In this document: positions 15,391 to 30,558 of the stretch, one piece after another
Layout: every line of letters begins with the position of its first letter
Position numbering within the stretch: the stretch's first letter is position 1
Assembly: GCA_951406725.2 (NCBI GenBank)
Contig: OX597818.1
Location: 114,638,001-114,702,000 of the forward strand
Source of the DNA: Octopus vulgaris
Lineage: Eukaryota
Length of the DNA stretch: 64,000 bases
Direction of reading: 5' to 3'
Made by a program: the position numbers and the translations under genes
The notes under the pieces: generated by a model
What the model was told of the DNA's origin: nothing
Databases searched by the model: none
The model's input: only the letters and a program-made list of their open reading frames with translations

Positions 15391-15829
15391 TAAATTACCC
15401 TTACAAAGCGGAAAATTTGTCAACAACCAGCCATGGGACTCGAATCCATATCTCTTGAAGACTCCGGCCAAGTGCTTTGCCATTAACCCATATTCTTCTG
15501 AATTCTTTTTTTATTATTATCAAATTTGAACGAAACGTGATAGTTAAGTTTTATATGTTACACAGATACCTTACAGAAAACTTGACCGAGAAAATTGCTT
15601 CATTTTTGAAATGTGAGTGCCATATATGGCACATTAGTGCAATACGAGTAGAATTTAAGTAATTGAATAAACGAATAAAGTTCACAATACGATCACAAAC
15701 CAGTATCTTTGGCACAAATCATTGTTTTATGACTCTGTCACATAGGGTGACTGCTACATATATCATAGTGTTACAAGTTGCTGTCTAAATCAAAACATAT
15801 TGATCATTGTTTTTGTATCAAAATTAGCT

Positions 15830-17590
15830 TATTTCGTGTGGTAGGATGCAAAACACGACAAGCATAGTCCTACGTTGCATTTGCATCATTGCATTAAAGA
15901 TCTTCCATGCATCTTCGTCGTTTACAATTAAGGGTTTTTCAACCAAAAGTTCTTGACCATCGAAGCACATATCGACTCCTCCAGGCATTCTGCTTGGTTT
16001 TCTTCCACGTCTACTGGGATTACATTGAAATCTTTTCAAATAGGACATAGCTGTCTCCTGCTTAATCTCAAGCTCATTGATTCTTGATCCACATGTTTTA
16101 TGAATTTGCCAGACATTTTGAATAGCGGCATGTAGCAACCAAGTAAAATGTTAGACCATAACTTTTTGGCACGCATACTCACACGATATGCATTTCTGTT
16201 CTGATTCATTAGATCAGTGCTCCCCATGAAAATACTGAAGTGTTGGATTACGTCGGGAATAGGCACGCTTACCCTCAATTGTAGAGATGCGCTCCACTCT
16301 GTTAACAAATTCTTTTGGCTGATCAATATACTGGGTTGGCGCCAGTATTACAGCAGCATTATCTAGCCATTGAACAATACTGAGTGTTGTCTTTTCTTGT
16401 TTATTTTCAACTGACTATACCTCCATACATCCCTGTTTTTGCTTTTTAACAGAAGTGACCGACAATAGTGGACATTGTTTTCCTAGCTGATCTCTTCTTA
16501 CAGTTTCTATAACATTATAACCCAAACTGGCTAATCTTTCAAATAAAGGTATGAACGTAAATAGATTATCCATACATATATGATTATTATCATATTTCCC
16601 GATATTGCTCAAGAGAATGCGGTATTGAAGCAATACATTCGCCATAATTCGTTTCTTCTGACTCATTCCCTTGGTATGTTTTCCCTGTTAGAGATCAAAG
16701 GCAATTAAATATCTAGTAGAAGAATTTGGGCACCAAACCTTATATCCGAATCTTATTGGCTTGTTTCTTATGCATTGTCTGCATCCGTGTTTCCCCAAAG
16801 TACTCGATCATCGCTTCATCATGCGAAATATGCTGCGTTGTTATAAAATGTTGCAAGACATTTTCTTAAAATTGTGTAATTAGTGATCTTAACTTAGAAT
16901 ATTTATCTCTTATGATTTGAGCTTTCGTTATCTTGAAAATGGAGGCATTTCATGATTAAAATAAATCAATCCCTTCTCATAGCCTTATACACAGCCACAT
17001 TTCTCAAGTCGTCACTGGTCGTCTAGCAGTGTGCTTTACTTGGCAATGGATTATTGCCTGATACTACCAAAATAGCAAAAATACTTGTAACTCTAATTTA
17101 GGCACACTTATATATTGCAGTTTCTACACAACAAATATTTTGTACTTACACTGATAATGCGATTAACTAGCTCATCATCAAAAAAGAAATCAAAAAAGTT
17201 TTACAGCAAAAAAACCACTGTATGCGGAATAATTTCCTTGGGGAAACATAGTTTTCCATTTAAGGCGTGGGTTTTTGGACCAAACATATGATGGCTTTGG
17301 TGTAGCTATTTTTCGTTTCCGACTACCAGATGGATCTGCAGACGTTGTTGGGTGAGAAGTGACATTTAGGGATGTAGATTCAAGTTCAGCCTCTTCTTGA
17401 TAAGTTGTTCTTACACAAGCTTGTGCAAGGGCACAAGTTGCTTTCCTGACAAAATTCCCATGAAGCATTCTTCTTCGCCTCCTGAAGTTTCATCAGTTAA
17501 TGTACTAACATCTGGAGGTTCTATGAAAATATCTGTTGCCCCTGCATCAGCATCATTTTCAAGAATTTCCAATACTATGGTCAAATCTAA
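15830..17590 (-). pseudogene. decayed piggyBac (PGBD-type) transposase
   Basis: Frameshifted fragments: IFIEPPDVSTLTDETSG (N-terminus), [10 protein letters not shown] (~16730-16765), MDNLFTFIPLF, MGSTDLMNQNRNAYRVSMRAKK. No TTAA-flanked TIRs found. Confidence 0.9.
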
Positions 17591-17619
17591 AAACCTGCAA
17601 TAAAGCATACGAATCAAGA

Positions 17620-17915
17620 TTCAAACAGCATAACAGATATGTTAATGAAGCAATCCAAAAGGCAGGGATCGATTGGATCCCTGGGTGCGTAGAACATACA
17701 TTTGCCATCTGGGAAGCTATCAACTGTGCAAAACAACTGAAGAAAAACCTGTACATTGTATGGCTAAATCGTGCCAATGCATATGGATCTGTTCCACACG
17801 CACTAATTCAAGCAGCAATACACCTCTTTTGTATTCCAGATGTTCAACGAATACTGATGTGATATTACAACTTGAGGATGAGATTTACAGCAGAAAAGTT
17901 CACAACGGAGTGGTA
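17620..17915 (+). pseudogene. reverse transcriptase fragment of an RLE-type non-LTR retrotransposon (HERO/NeSL-like)
   Basis: QKAGIDWIPGCVEHTFAIWEAI...LYIVWLNRANAYGSVPHALI matches the QKG...GCxEH...WLDLxNAYGSVPH RT motifs. Confidence 0.8.
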
Positions 17916-18064
17916 ACTCCTTAAATTTTTAATATTCAGTTATTGTTTTTATTTATTATTTGTATTTCTATTAATTTGTATATGTTAAGTAACATTATAT
18001 TGAAGATATAGAATATCATGGAGTTATATAAGAGGTAGGGGTAGTGTAAAATGTTGAGGAATCC

Positions 18065-18164
18065 AGACCTGAAGATTAGGAGTACGTCGGCCCGATTAAA
18101 TATTGAAACTAAATACCTCGTATCTAATGAATACCGACATACTTTCATAAAACACATGTAGTCT
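18065..18164 (+). ncRNA. decayed type I hammerhead motif
   Basis: AGAC-CTGAAGA-...GGAGTACGTCGG...CCGACATACTTT...-AAAAC-ACAT-GTA-GTCT; stem I AGAC/GTCT, GAAAC mutated to AAAAC. Confidence 0.5.
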
Positions 18165-18395
18165 ATAAAACGAAAAATACGGGATTCAGAATAGATACAG
18201 TTAGTATAAGATTAAATATTTAAAATTTTATTGAGTGGTTGAGTATAAAATCATTCAGTGTTGATTGAGTTGAAGGTGGTTCTGTCTCTAAAACTACTTT
18301 TATATATACGAATTAAACATTGAGAGATGTCCATTTTAGTATACATAATTTGAATGTCTTTTTTCCTGTGTATACGGAAGTAATATTCCCTAATA

Positions 18396-18536
<141 letters not shown>

Positions 18537-18557
18537 GATAGATAGACAGATAAGTAG

Positions 18558-18634
<77 letters not shown>

Positions 18635-18857
18635 CTTTACTAGCCACAAAAAAGGGACAAATTTCAATGTAGAGCTTTTCTCTTTTCGAAAATAGGAAAA
18701 AAAAGAAAAAGAAAATTTCGATCAAAAGGGATCGTGTATCACAGAAAATATCATAAATGTAAAAAGCAGATTAGGTTTATCCGTGGAAAGAAAAGCCTAC
18801 GGAAACGACCACGGTAAACTCAGGCAGGGAGGGAAAAAAAACATCAGAGCAAAGTGC

Positions 18858-18932
<75 letters not shown>

Positions 18933-19089
18933 TTCGTTTTTTGGTTTACAGGATCATGCTCAAAGTGGTTTCGTCATTTACGCGTACCATCTTTGCTATA
19001 TTCACCCACCTTTTCTTGAATCTTTCACGAGGCAAAACTTGCTTCTCTATTCTCACCTTCAATATATATATATATATATTTTTTTTTTT

Positions 19090-19669
<580 letters not shown>

Positions 19670-20074
19670 GGGTGGATAGATATGTATGTGTGTATAACAC
19701 TAAATATATGTGTATGTGCGCGCGCGTATCTTTTGCTCTCGATATATGTTGACGACACTGAATGATGCAGTCTAAAATACTGTCTAAAAAAGATGGGATG
19801 TTCACAGCTAGCATATCTGTGGTGAAGGCTAAACAGGGGTAATAAAACAACAACACTATAAAACTAAACTCTGTTGATATCATGCTTACAGAATGCTGTG
19901 CCATAAAGGTTAAGACTATTGGAACTTTTAAGAATCAGAGTAATTCATTACTTTGCCGAAAACTATTGTTATTGCGTGTCATATTTTCCATTTGCCACAA
20001 AATTAACCCCGATGTACAATTGAACCCTTTCTCTTACTCGTCTGTAATTAAGGGTTTTGAGTTTTATCTTATTT

Positions 20075-20198
20075 CATTACCAGAAACAAATAATTTGATC
20101 AACGTAGCAATTATTGTTGTAGCAGAAAATGTGGGTGTTGATGTCAAGAAAAAGAAATATAACGGGAGTGACAAAAGAAAATATCCACGGTGGAAAAC
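20075..20198 (+). mobile_element. short R4/Dong-like fragment
   Basis: Matches 21410-21520 (GAAACAAATAATTTGATC...GCAGAAAATGTG...TCCACGGTGGAAAA). Confidence 0.7.
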
Positions 20199-20651
20199 TG
20201 CATTTCATTGCAACGGTTTGACCTCTCGTAAGATTTTGTCGTGGTCATTTAGCCCCAGGTCAGGTCAGTTTTTATTCCATTATTCAACGCATCCGTCATT
20301 CTTTTAAAGATATGAAAGTCAGATGTTATGGAGGAGATTTAGCTGTTGTTTTTACCATATTGTATTTCAAATTGATGATCCCTCATTGGTTTATTTTTAC
20401 TCTATGAATAGTTATTGACAGTAATTTTGACAGTTAGAGGAGAAACTCAGGTTACTGCAGGCATCTTCAACGATCAATGCTATCTAAACACCAAAAATAT
20501 CTGCTATTCTCAAAAGATGGTTACAAGGCAGATATTCTTGGAAAAATGGCTTCACTCTACTTATTAATGGATTGAAACAAGAAAAGTAATTAATATTCAA
20601 TGAAAATAAAGGTTTTCCAGAATTGCAAATCTTAACGGCAAATGAATAGTA

Positions 20652-21228
<577 letters not shown>

Positions 21229-21244
21229 GATAATAATAATAATA

Positions 21245-23140
21245 ACGGGGGCATGACAGATGAACAAAAGGCAATCTACGACAGAATAAAGGCAAGGCTA
21301 CAAGAGAACGATACCGACATTATTTGCAACCTTAAAAACGTTGACTAGTGGAAATTGAACCAAGAAACGAAAAATGGGAATGAAATTCTGAAATACATCA
21401 GAACAGAAAGCATCATAGAAACAAATAATTTGATCACGGCAGCAAGTATTGTTGTGGCAGAAAATGTGTCAAGAAAAAGAAATATAACGAGAGTGACGAA
21501 AGAAAAGATCCACGGTGGAAAAAGAATACAAGCGGGGTTAGATATGCTCTCTGTGTTAGACAAAAAAGAGAATGGGGAGCTTAAAAGCGAACAAAAATGC
21601 AGTGCACTGAACAGGAAGTATGATATAGAAAGAAAGGGTCTGAAATTGGTAATAGAGAAACTGAAACAGCGCCTCGTTGCAAAGAAAGCAAAGATGGTAA
21701 GATACGACCAAAGAATAAAGGGATACAAGCAGAATAGGTTATTCAGAGTAGATCAGAAGAGATTCTACAAAGAAATAAATGGAGGGTGTACAGATGAAAA
21801 GTTGATAACAGATAACATTGAAGTCAAAGGTTTTGGAGTGACATCTGGAGCAAAGACAAGGAGCACAAGAAGGATGCTGAATGATTGCAAGAACTGAAAC
21901 AAACAGTATTCTGTCCAAAATAGGCAATAGTAGTTATTTCACTTAGGGAAGTGAAGAAAACCATCAAGAAAATGGGCAACTGGAAGACCCCGGGACCAGA
22001 CGGAGTTCAAGACTACTGGATCAAAAGATTTGGTGAATGTCATGCACGAATAGCTGCACAATTCAACACCCTGTTAAATGCCGACCAAGTAATACCAGAG
22101 TGGTTGACAATGGGTAGGACAGTACTGTGCTTGAAAAACATCGGAAAATATAATACGGTAGACAGGCCGATATCCTGTTTGCAACTTATGAGGAAATTAT
22201 TGACTGGAGTAGTCGCAGAGTCAATGTACGAGCATCTGGACAAAAATGGAGTCCTGCCACACGAGCAGAAGGGTTGCAAGCGTTAAGTGAGGAGGTATCA
22301 TAGATCAACTCCTGATATACAAAACTGTACTTTGAGACTGCAAGAGGAGCAAAAGTAACTTAGTCATGTCATGGATCGACTATCGTAATATGATCTCACA
22401 TTCTTGGATTATAGAATGTATGGACCTATTTGGAATTGCAGCAAATGTTGAGCAATTGCTTGGGAAGAGTATGTCGAAGTGGAGGGCGGAACTGACAGCA
22501 TATGGAAGAAGTTTAGCGACAATGGAAATCAGGAGAGGCATCTTCCAAGGGGTCTGCCTGTCCCCACTGATCTTTGTACTGTACATAATACCACTAACAA
22601 TGATTCTCAGGAAAGCAAAGTCTGGTTATGTATTTAAAAGCTGCAACAAACACTTAACCATTTATTATTCATGGATGACTTCAAACTTTATGTTAAAGCT
22701 GAATCTCAAGTCAACTCCTTCGTTGATACGATGTATACATTCAATGATGATATCGGAATGGAGTTTGAACTAAAATTGTCATGTGTTAGACTTGGAGAGA
22801 GACAAAATCAAATGTATGGAAGGGCTAGCGATGCCGTCGCGGGAGGTTATGAGGCAGATAGAAGAGACGGGTTATAAGTACTTGGGGATATTGGAAATGA
22901 ATAAAATGATGGAGAGAGAAAGAATAGAAAAATTTAAGGTGAAGTACTTGCGCAGAATGAGACTGATATTTAAGTCGAAATTAAACGGACGGAACGAGAT
23001 TGAAACCGTCAATACCTGGGTAGTTTCACTCTGTAGATATTGAGCAGGGGTAATTACATGGACAGTACACGAACTAAACAGTTTAGACAGAAGGACGAGG
23101 AAGTTGCTGACAAGATATTGGATGCTCCATCCAAAATATG
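21245..23140 (+). pseudogene. R4/Dong-clade non-LTR retrotransposon RT region, frameshifted
   Basis: WKTPGPDGVQDYWIKRF, RPISCL, EQKGC, WIDY...HSWI, RRGIFQG..LSPLIF, MDDFKLY, YKYLGILE across successive ORFs; adjacent to (TAA)n, a known Dong target. Confidence 0.92.
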
Positions 23141-23691
23141 ACACAGACAGGCGGTCGTGGAGGTGGTGATGATAATGACGACGAGGAGAGAATAATGATG
23201 ATGATGATGATGATGATTTCTTTTAAAGTTACATTTGCATATAAAGAATGTGAAAACGCAATACAGAATTTTGTTTGGAATCAGATTAAAAATGTGAAAC
23301 ATCTTGAGACAAAATATATTCTAAGACCGCAGTATTGTCATTAGAGTGGAGACGGTGGTAACATCTCATGAAATTTCTTCTTTTTTTTTTTACAGAAATT
23401 AGCAAGCTAATAAGAACATCATTTCCTTGCATATTAGTATTTTTTCTTTTTCCATTTTATTTAAGATTGATATGTTGGACTGAAAAATAAAACATCCACC
23501 AAGATATTTTATATAAACGACGCACTAAACGCAGAGGTGTAAACGACAAGTCTAAACAAAAAATCTGCCGCGCTATGTGCACAGGTGTGAACACCACCTC
23601 CGAAGAAATCTATACAAAGATACATAAAATAAACGTCCTTGCAATAAACAACTTAAGAAAATATATATGTGTGTGTGTGTGTTTGTTTGTT

Positions 23692-23728
<37 letters not shown>

Positions 23729-23768
23729 CCTAAATAAAAGGAATTGAAGTTTAGAAGTGATTACGTGC

Positions 23769-23916
23769 ATTATTTACATTTGACGATATTTGTCCTCATC
23801 TTGTTTGTTGTTAACACAACGTTTCGGCTGATATACCCTCCAGCCTTCATCAGGTGACTTGGGGAAATTTCGAACCTGGGTTCTCATTCCTAAGGTATTT
23901 TTCGATGTTGTTGTTG

Positions 23917-23978
<62 letters not shown>

Positions 23979-24105
23979 ATTTTTCAGGTCACTGGGGTTA
24001 CTAGCCGAAACGTATTAGCAACAAACAAAATGAGGACAAATATCCGTCAAATGTAAATAATATAAATAATGTACATAATTTCTCATCTCTTAAATATAGA
24101 ACTGT
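23769..24105 (-). mobile_element. hammerhead-bearing non-autonomous element (Penelope pLTR-like) with inverted ends
   Basis: Minus strand CAC-CTGATGA-A-GGCTG-GAGGGTATAT-CAGCC-GAAAC-GTT-GTG at ~23812-23857; inverted partial copy at 24003-24060; other copies at 25815 and 48530. Confidence 0.8.
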
Positions 24106-24560
24106 ATTTAGAAGTGTTGTCGAATCCTAATAATATTTAAGTACTTTCAGTACCAAAAGATATCATGGCAATAATTTTGTGGTGAGCAAACCTCAAGATG
24201 TTTGCTTATTTGGATGCGAAAACGAATTAAAATGTTGGCAATAAAATCAGTATTAAGAAAATGTAGAGGTTTTTATTTTTTGTAAAGTAGTTTAAAAATG
24301 AGGATTATCGGTGTATCTTTGTACGTGGTCTCAGAGTCTGCGCGATGATGTTATGTCGTTCACTGAGCTAATACACAGCATTAGAACACAAACACAGCGA
24401 AATAAAACAAAACAACATAATAGATAACGAATGTGCTAGAAAATATCAATGTTTGCCTGAAGGGACTCGAAGAAAAATTGATCTCTGAATTCTGAAAAGT
24501 GCAGAGAAATTAGAAAAATAAAGAGAGAGAGAGAGAGAGAGAAAGAGAGAGGGGGTGAGA

Positions 24561-24607
<47 letters not shown>

Positions 24608-24834
24608 AAGACGAGTGGAGAGAATTGTTTTGGAAAATCATCAAAAATAGAATTAGACAGCGAAAAAGGAAAAAAAACTACTAAATACGAACGAAAATTC
24701 ATTATTTTCATTTAAGGTGCGCACGAATGTATAATATTCGGAATAAATATCAGTGTTTCTGGGCCACAACCAGTTCCCTTAGATATCGAGGGCTTTTTCT
24801 TACAATCCTTACCGTTCCCAAGAGAGTAAATTTC

Positions 24835-26275
24835 TGATTTAATGCAACTCTCGTTCTTACATCAATTGCAGTAAGGGAACTGGTGGTGACGGTCCCTAAG
24901 GTACCTATGACAGCTGGGATTACTTTGGTAGAAACCCATCACAGTCATCACATTTTCCGATCTTAATCGCGGTATTTCCCTATTTTCTCCTCTTCATGTC
25001 CACAGATATAACCACTGCTATGCTGAGGCATTCTTTTTTTCCTGTTGTCCAAGGCAATAATATCTGGTCACCTTGCATGAAGTTCGTGATGTGACTGTAT
25101 ATTAAAATCCCATAATACCTTATACTGGTTGTTTTCTAGTACAATTTCTGGTTGATGTTGGTATCATTGTCTGCTTACTTTAAATCATATTTACTGTAAT
25201 ATGTCCCAATATAATGCTTTGACAACTCTGTGTATATATTCCTTCTGTGCCAAAGGACTACAACAAAATATAATGTGCATACCTGATTTCACTTTCTCGT
25301 TACATACTCTGCACTTCGCATTTTCGCAGGTTTGTCTTGATATTTTGTCTCGATATTTGTCAGCAATGACTTGCTTTGAGCAGAGATTGTGAGTCCTTCC
25401 GTTTCTTTCTGAAGGTCTCCCTTCTTCCGCCATCAACAACTCTTTTCTGACGTCCTGCGTTTTGCTGACATGCTGACACTTTGTAGTTCTTTTCCCCAGA
25501 TGTTTCTTTCTTGTTCTTGTTTTCTATTTTTCTTCTTCTCTTTTGCTGTCTCCCCAACTTCTTTCTGTTCTGGCAGATGAAATCAGTCTTTCTGAGTTGC
25601 TTCTTACATACACTTTTGTATCATGTTTTGCCATCTCTGTGCAGGTTTTTATTGATCTGTCTTCTCCCTACTCTTTTCGCGGTAGGTCTAACCTATGGAC
25701 ACAGTCTCTGGAATGTAATGGCCTATACATGAACATTATCTTTCTGGTCTTGCAATCTATGCCTCTTGGTTCTTCCATAGTCCAGTCCAGAAAATCACAG
25801 AATATCTTGGAGATTATTTACATTATTTACATTATTTACATTTGACGGATATTTGTCCTCATCTTGTTTGTTGCTAACACAACGTTTCGGCTGATATACC
25901 ATCCGAAATGTTGTGTTAACAACAAACAAAATGAGGACAAATATCCGTCAAAAATAAATAATGTAAATAATGTACATAATTCCTCATCTCTTAAATACAG
26001 AACTGTATTATCTTAGAGATATTCTCCACCCTTGTGGAGATGCTTTATCCTCCATTCCGTACCGCTTTTCATTTCTCATCGTCACTTTCATTTCGTGGCA
26101 GAGTATTCTATCTGCCTTCAATTTATCTAGGTAGACACGGCTGCCACTTTCATAGATTACTCGGATTGCTGTCTCATCTAGGACTCAAACCCCTTCTCAC
26201 TTGGATATTTTACTTCTCTTTATTACCAGCATCGTGCATTTATCGATTCGAAGCACAATGCCAATGTCATCACTT
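24835..26275 (-). pseudogene. 3' half of an R4/Dong-like element (RT end, CCHC finger, RLE domain)
   Basis: SDDIGIVLRIDKC (~26230-26275), CRVCNEKVKSGMHIIFCCSPLAQKEY, then LENNQYKVLWDFNIQ...PDII; interrupted by an insertion at 25815-26005. Confidence 0.85.
25815..26005. mobile_element. palindromic derivative of the hammerhead element, nested in the R4-like copy
   Basis: TTGACGGATATTTGTCCTCATCTTGTTTGTTG...CGTTTCGG followed by its inverted copy CCGAAATG...ATGAGGACAAATATCCGTCAA; the CTGATGA half is deleted. Confidence 0.8.
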
Positions 26276-26429
26276 ACAACTTTACCAGTCTTAACCAGAG
26301 GATTCAGAGATTTATGCCTTGATAAATAATTTCATAAACAGAGGGTGGATTATTCTCTCACCACTGTTAAATTCGTAGCACGATTTAGCCTCACTCAAGA
26401 CCAATGTAAGGAGAGATGAGAACGACCAC

Positions 26430-26612
26430 GAATAGCAGTTAGCACGCTGGGTGAAATGCTTAGCGGTATTTCGCCCGTCGCTCCGCCGAGGTTGACTTTG
26501 CCTTTCATTCATTCGTGGTCGATAAATTAAGTGGCAGTGAAACACTGGAGTCGATCTAATCGACAAGTCCCTCTCCTCCAAAATTTCACGCCTTGTGTCT
26601 GTGGTGGAAAAG
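26430..26612 (+). mobile_element. SINE family C
   Basis: GAAATGCTTAGCGGTATTTCG...GACTTTGCCTTTCAT core. Confidence 0.75.
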
Positions 26613-27799
26613 ATTATTATTTGTTTATTTGTTTGTTTGTTTATGAATACTTCATAGATACTCCAATTCATTATGGAGATCGACAGAATCTAGATGAAAC
26701 ACCTTTTCATAATTCCACTTATAATGAGTTCTTAATATCAACACAAGAAATTTGAACCAACGCCAAAAGTTATGATACAAAATGAAGCGAAGGATACTTT
26801 GAACAAAATTCTTTTTCTCCTTATTTGTATATTTTGTCTTTTTGTTTAGATGCGTGTAGAGACGACGGCGCTAAATGAGAATAATGAATATAGAAAGCCT
26901 GAAAATATTTTGGAACGATTATGCAACAATGGAACACGCACTGATGAAACAGTTCTTTCCCTGAATTGGATAAATCTTGAAGTAATTATAGGATAGGATG
27001 AAGAACTGTTAAAGACCAAATGTGATAAGAGATTCACACAGCAAAATAGAGGCTGTGATGGGATTCTGAATGAAATAGCAAACCCACTTGACTAAAAGTA
27101 GCCTATATTAATTAAGAAGAAGAATTTCAAAATGCTCAAACAGATTATTATCATTTCTTCGCTGTGGAAGCAAATCATTCATGATGATCATAAGAAGGTA
27201 GAATAGCATTAGCAGCATTCGGCTGATTCCAGTGAATGGGGAATAGGGAATATTGTGCCAATTAGTGTAAACTATGTATCTGAAACGATGATAAAATGTT
27301 ACTTTTCGAGAGAATACGAGGAATAACAGAATGGTGTGAGGTAGAAAATAAGTGGAGAGATAACTTAATGGTATGTAAAAGCGTGTTGTTTGGATAGTTA
27401 CTGCTTAAAAGCATAATAACTTAGTAAATTTCCTTATCATAAAGTGGTAACAAGATATGGGTAGTTTTGAGTAAATTTGGCGAAGCTGAGACAATATAAA
27501 TAAACTTATCTTACATTGGAGTAATCAATGAAATCGAATCCATTATATTAATAGTGATTTGTTTTACTGAACGAGGAATACATAACGAGGAAAGACAACA
27601 ATGCACCGACGTAGAGTGGGAAGTATTATATAGTTGTGTAACTTTTCTTTCCAGGCGCTTTACCGAATCGGCTGTCGACATACCTCGACTAAAACGACGC
27701 TGACGATGATGACGGTGATGATGATGATGACGACGACGATCACATTGATAATAATAGTTGGTTGATTGATTGGACGTTTTCGTCGTTGGTCTACGATAT

Positions 27800-28033
27800 T
27801 TATTTCTTTATTGCCCACAGGGCGCTAAACGTAGTGGGGACAAACAAGGACAGACAAAGGAATTAAGTCGATTAGATCGACCCCAATGCGTAACTGATAC
27901 TTATTTAATTGTCCCCGAAAGGATGAAAGGCAAAGTCGACCTCGGCGGAATTTGAACTCAGAACGTAACGGCAGACGAAATACGGCTAAGCATTTCGCCC
28001 GGTGTGCTAACGATTCTGCCAGCTCGCCGCCTT
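27800..28033 (-). mobile_element. SINE family C
   Basis: Reverse complement of 57377-57605. Confidence 0.85.
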
Positions 28034-29642
28034 TTATCTCGTCTGATAATAAGATAACTCCACACATAAGAAACTTTTAGCCGGAAAGCGGAGGCATTTG
28101 CTCCTACACTGTAACGACTTTGCCGAATCGACAGCCTAAATGTAAGATATAACTCAATAATTTTAACGATGGTACTAATGTTTTGGAACGTGTTTTATCA
28201 TGAGTTGTGTTTATGCAAAATATTAAATCACATTCTCAGATTTTGTTAGTTTTGTTTTATCTTATTTATTCTTTTCATCTTGTTTCTTTTTGTTTACTGC
28301 TTGCTTCACAGATTCCATCTTATTTTCTTCCATTCTTTTGCTATTTTTTTCAAATTGTATTTTTTTTCCTATTATTTCTTTTTAAATCTTTACTCATCAA
28401 TTTTAAGGTTTCTGTAACTATACAATATTCTGGAAGATAATAACCATGTCACTTACTCGAGACAAACATTGAAAAAAGACAGACACCGATATAGCAGCAG
28501 CGTTAGTAATCTCATTAGGTTCAATCAATGAAGGGAACTAAGAAGTCATTTTATCTGCTAGAAATAGCAGTTTTTTTGTTTTTTTTACTCAAACTGAGTG
28601 GGTTTGGTGGACGAAAACTAAAAGAAGCTCGTCGTATATATATATGCGTGTGTGTGTGTGTGTGTGTGTGTTAGTGTGTCTGTGTTTATGTCCCCGTAAC
28701 TTAGCGGTTCGGCAAAATTGACTGATAGAATGTGAACTAGACTTACAAAGAATTAGTCCTAGGTTTGATTTGTTCGACTAAAGGCGGTGCTCCAGCATGA
28801 CCGCAGTCAAATAACTGAAAGAATTAAAAGAATAAAAGAGCAAACTGCAATCTTATCATGTCTAAGAAACGGGTACGTTTACTTTGTACTCCCAGGTATA
28901 CTCAGCCTCTTAAGAAAAGATAGGATTTTCTTGATTGGAATAACTTACATCATGGAGCCAATCGGGCTAAACAACAACATTAACAACATATATCTTATTA
29001 ACGTCAGTCACTGAGGAAGTGGAACACCAGATTTAGCGCGAACTCTCTTACGTACCTCCATTCGTACCACCACTAGAAACCACTATTATATATTCTTGTG
29101 GTTTCTAGTGGTGGAAGGGGAAAGTCGATTAGATTGATTCCAGTACGCAACTGGTGCTTAATTTATCGACACCGAAAGGATGAAAGGCAAAGTCGACCTT
29201 TGGAGAGCATGGATTTATCTCTTAGCTCCTGTTTTCCCCAGATCTATTCACATCCAGTGTTTGAGCACCTATCACCACTCTGTCACAAAAAAATTCTCGA
29301 CTACATTCATTGGCATCATCACTACACCTGCTTCATCATCATTATCAGCTGCACCACCACCACCACCACCACCACCACCACAACAACAACAACAACAGCT
29401 ATGAACAGCAGATTACCAAGCAATGATACGCTTACCCGACTGGATAATAATAGCAGCGAAATGTCCCTCACGTGGCACCAAAAACGGCTTAGAATTCTTG
29501 AAGAGCTACGACAGATAACGTAATCATACATAAAGCTAAAATGGCAAGATGGTAAAATTTCCGCTAAAATTCTGGACATAGGTCCCTTCATTCAGGATTC
29601 TCGTCTGGCTGAACATCTTTATCTTTATCATCGTCGTCGTCG

Positions 29643-29673
<31 letters not shown>

Positions 29674-30477
29674 TATCATCATCATCATTATTGTCGTCAT
29701 CATCATCATTATCATCGTCATCAACATCACCAATATTGTCATCACTTAATTTTTACATCATTGTCGTTACGAAATAGAATCAATATCCGTTTCTACTCTA
29801 GGCACAAGGTCCGAAACTTTTAGATCGACCTCAGTACGCAACTGGTACTCAATTTATCGACCCCGAAAGGATGAAAGGCAAAGTCGGCCTCGGCGGAATT
29901 TGAACTAAGAACGTAAAGACAGACGAAAATGGAATCAATATCCTCATCATTGCTAACATCCCAACTGCCACCATCAACGACATTGCCACAACGACCACGC
30001 TGCCTCCACCACTATTAAAGCCTCCGCCGCCAACTTCCCTAATAATGCCGCCGTCACATCACCGCTGTCATCACCAGCACGACTACCACGACGATGACAA
30101 TGACAATCTCGACTCGACACCCCCACCATCACCTCAACCACCACCACCACCACCATCATCACCCCTCTACCACCACCGCCATAGTTTTACAATGATTATC
30201 GTCATCAACGACCATTATAATAATCATCGTTAGCATCATATCTATCATCGATGTTGTCATCGTATACTTTGGTGTCTGTCGCTAAACGGAGTAAAAAAAA
30301 AATATATGTCTATCGAACAGCTATAACCCGTGTCTTACTCTATATACGCAAACATAGACATTATAATACATTTTTCCTTCGCAGATATTATCTCTAGTTA
30401 TCTCTGAATAACCAATCGAATCGTCAAAATACTATTTTGAAAAAATACAAATACCAGACGTTTACTTTTCTAAGTTC

Positions 30478-30558
<81 letters not shown>

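Noticed and set aside
19740-19904. Plausible-looking peptide at the start of ORF 19476..19904
   Set aside because: No recognisable domain; the ORF runs into a microsatellite.
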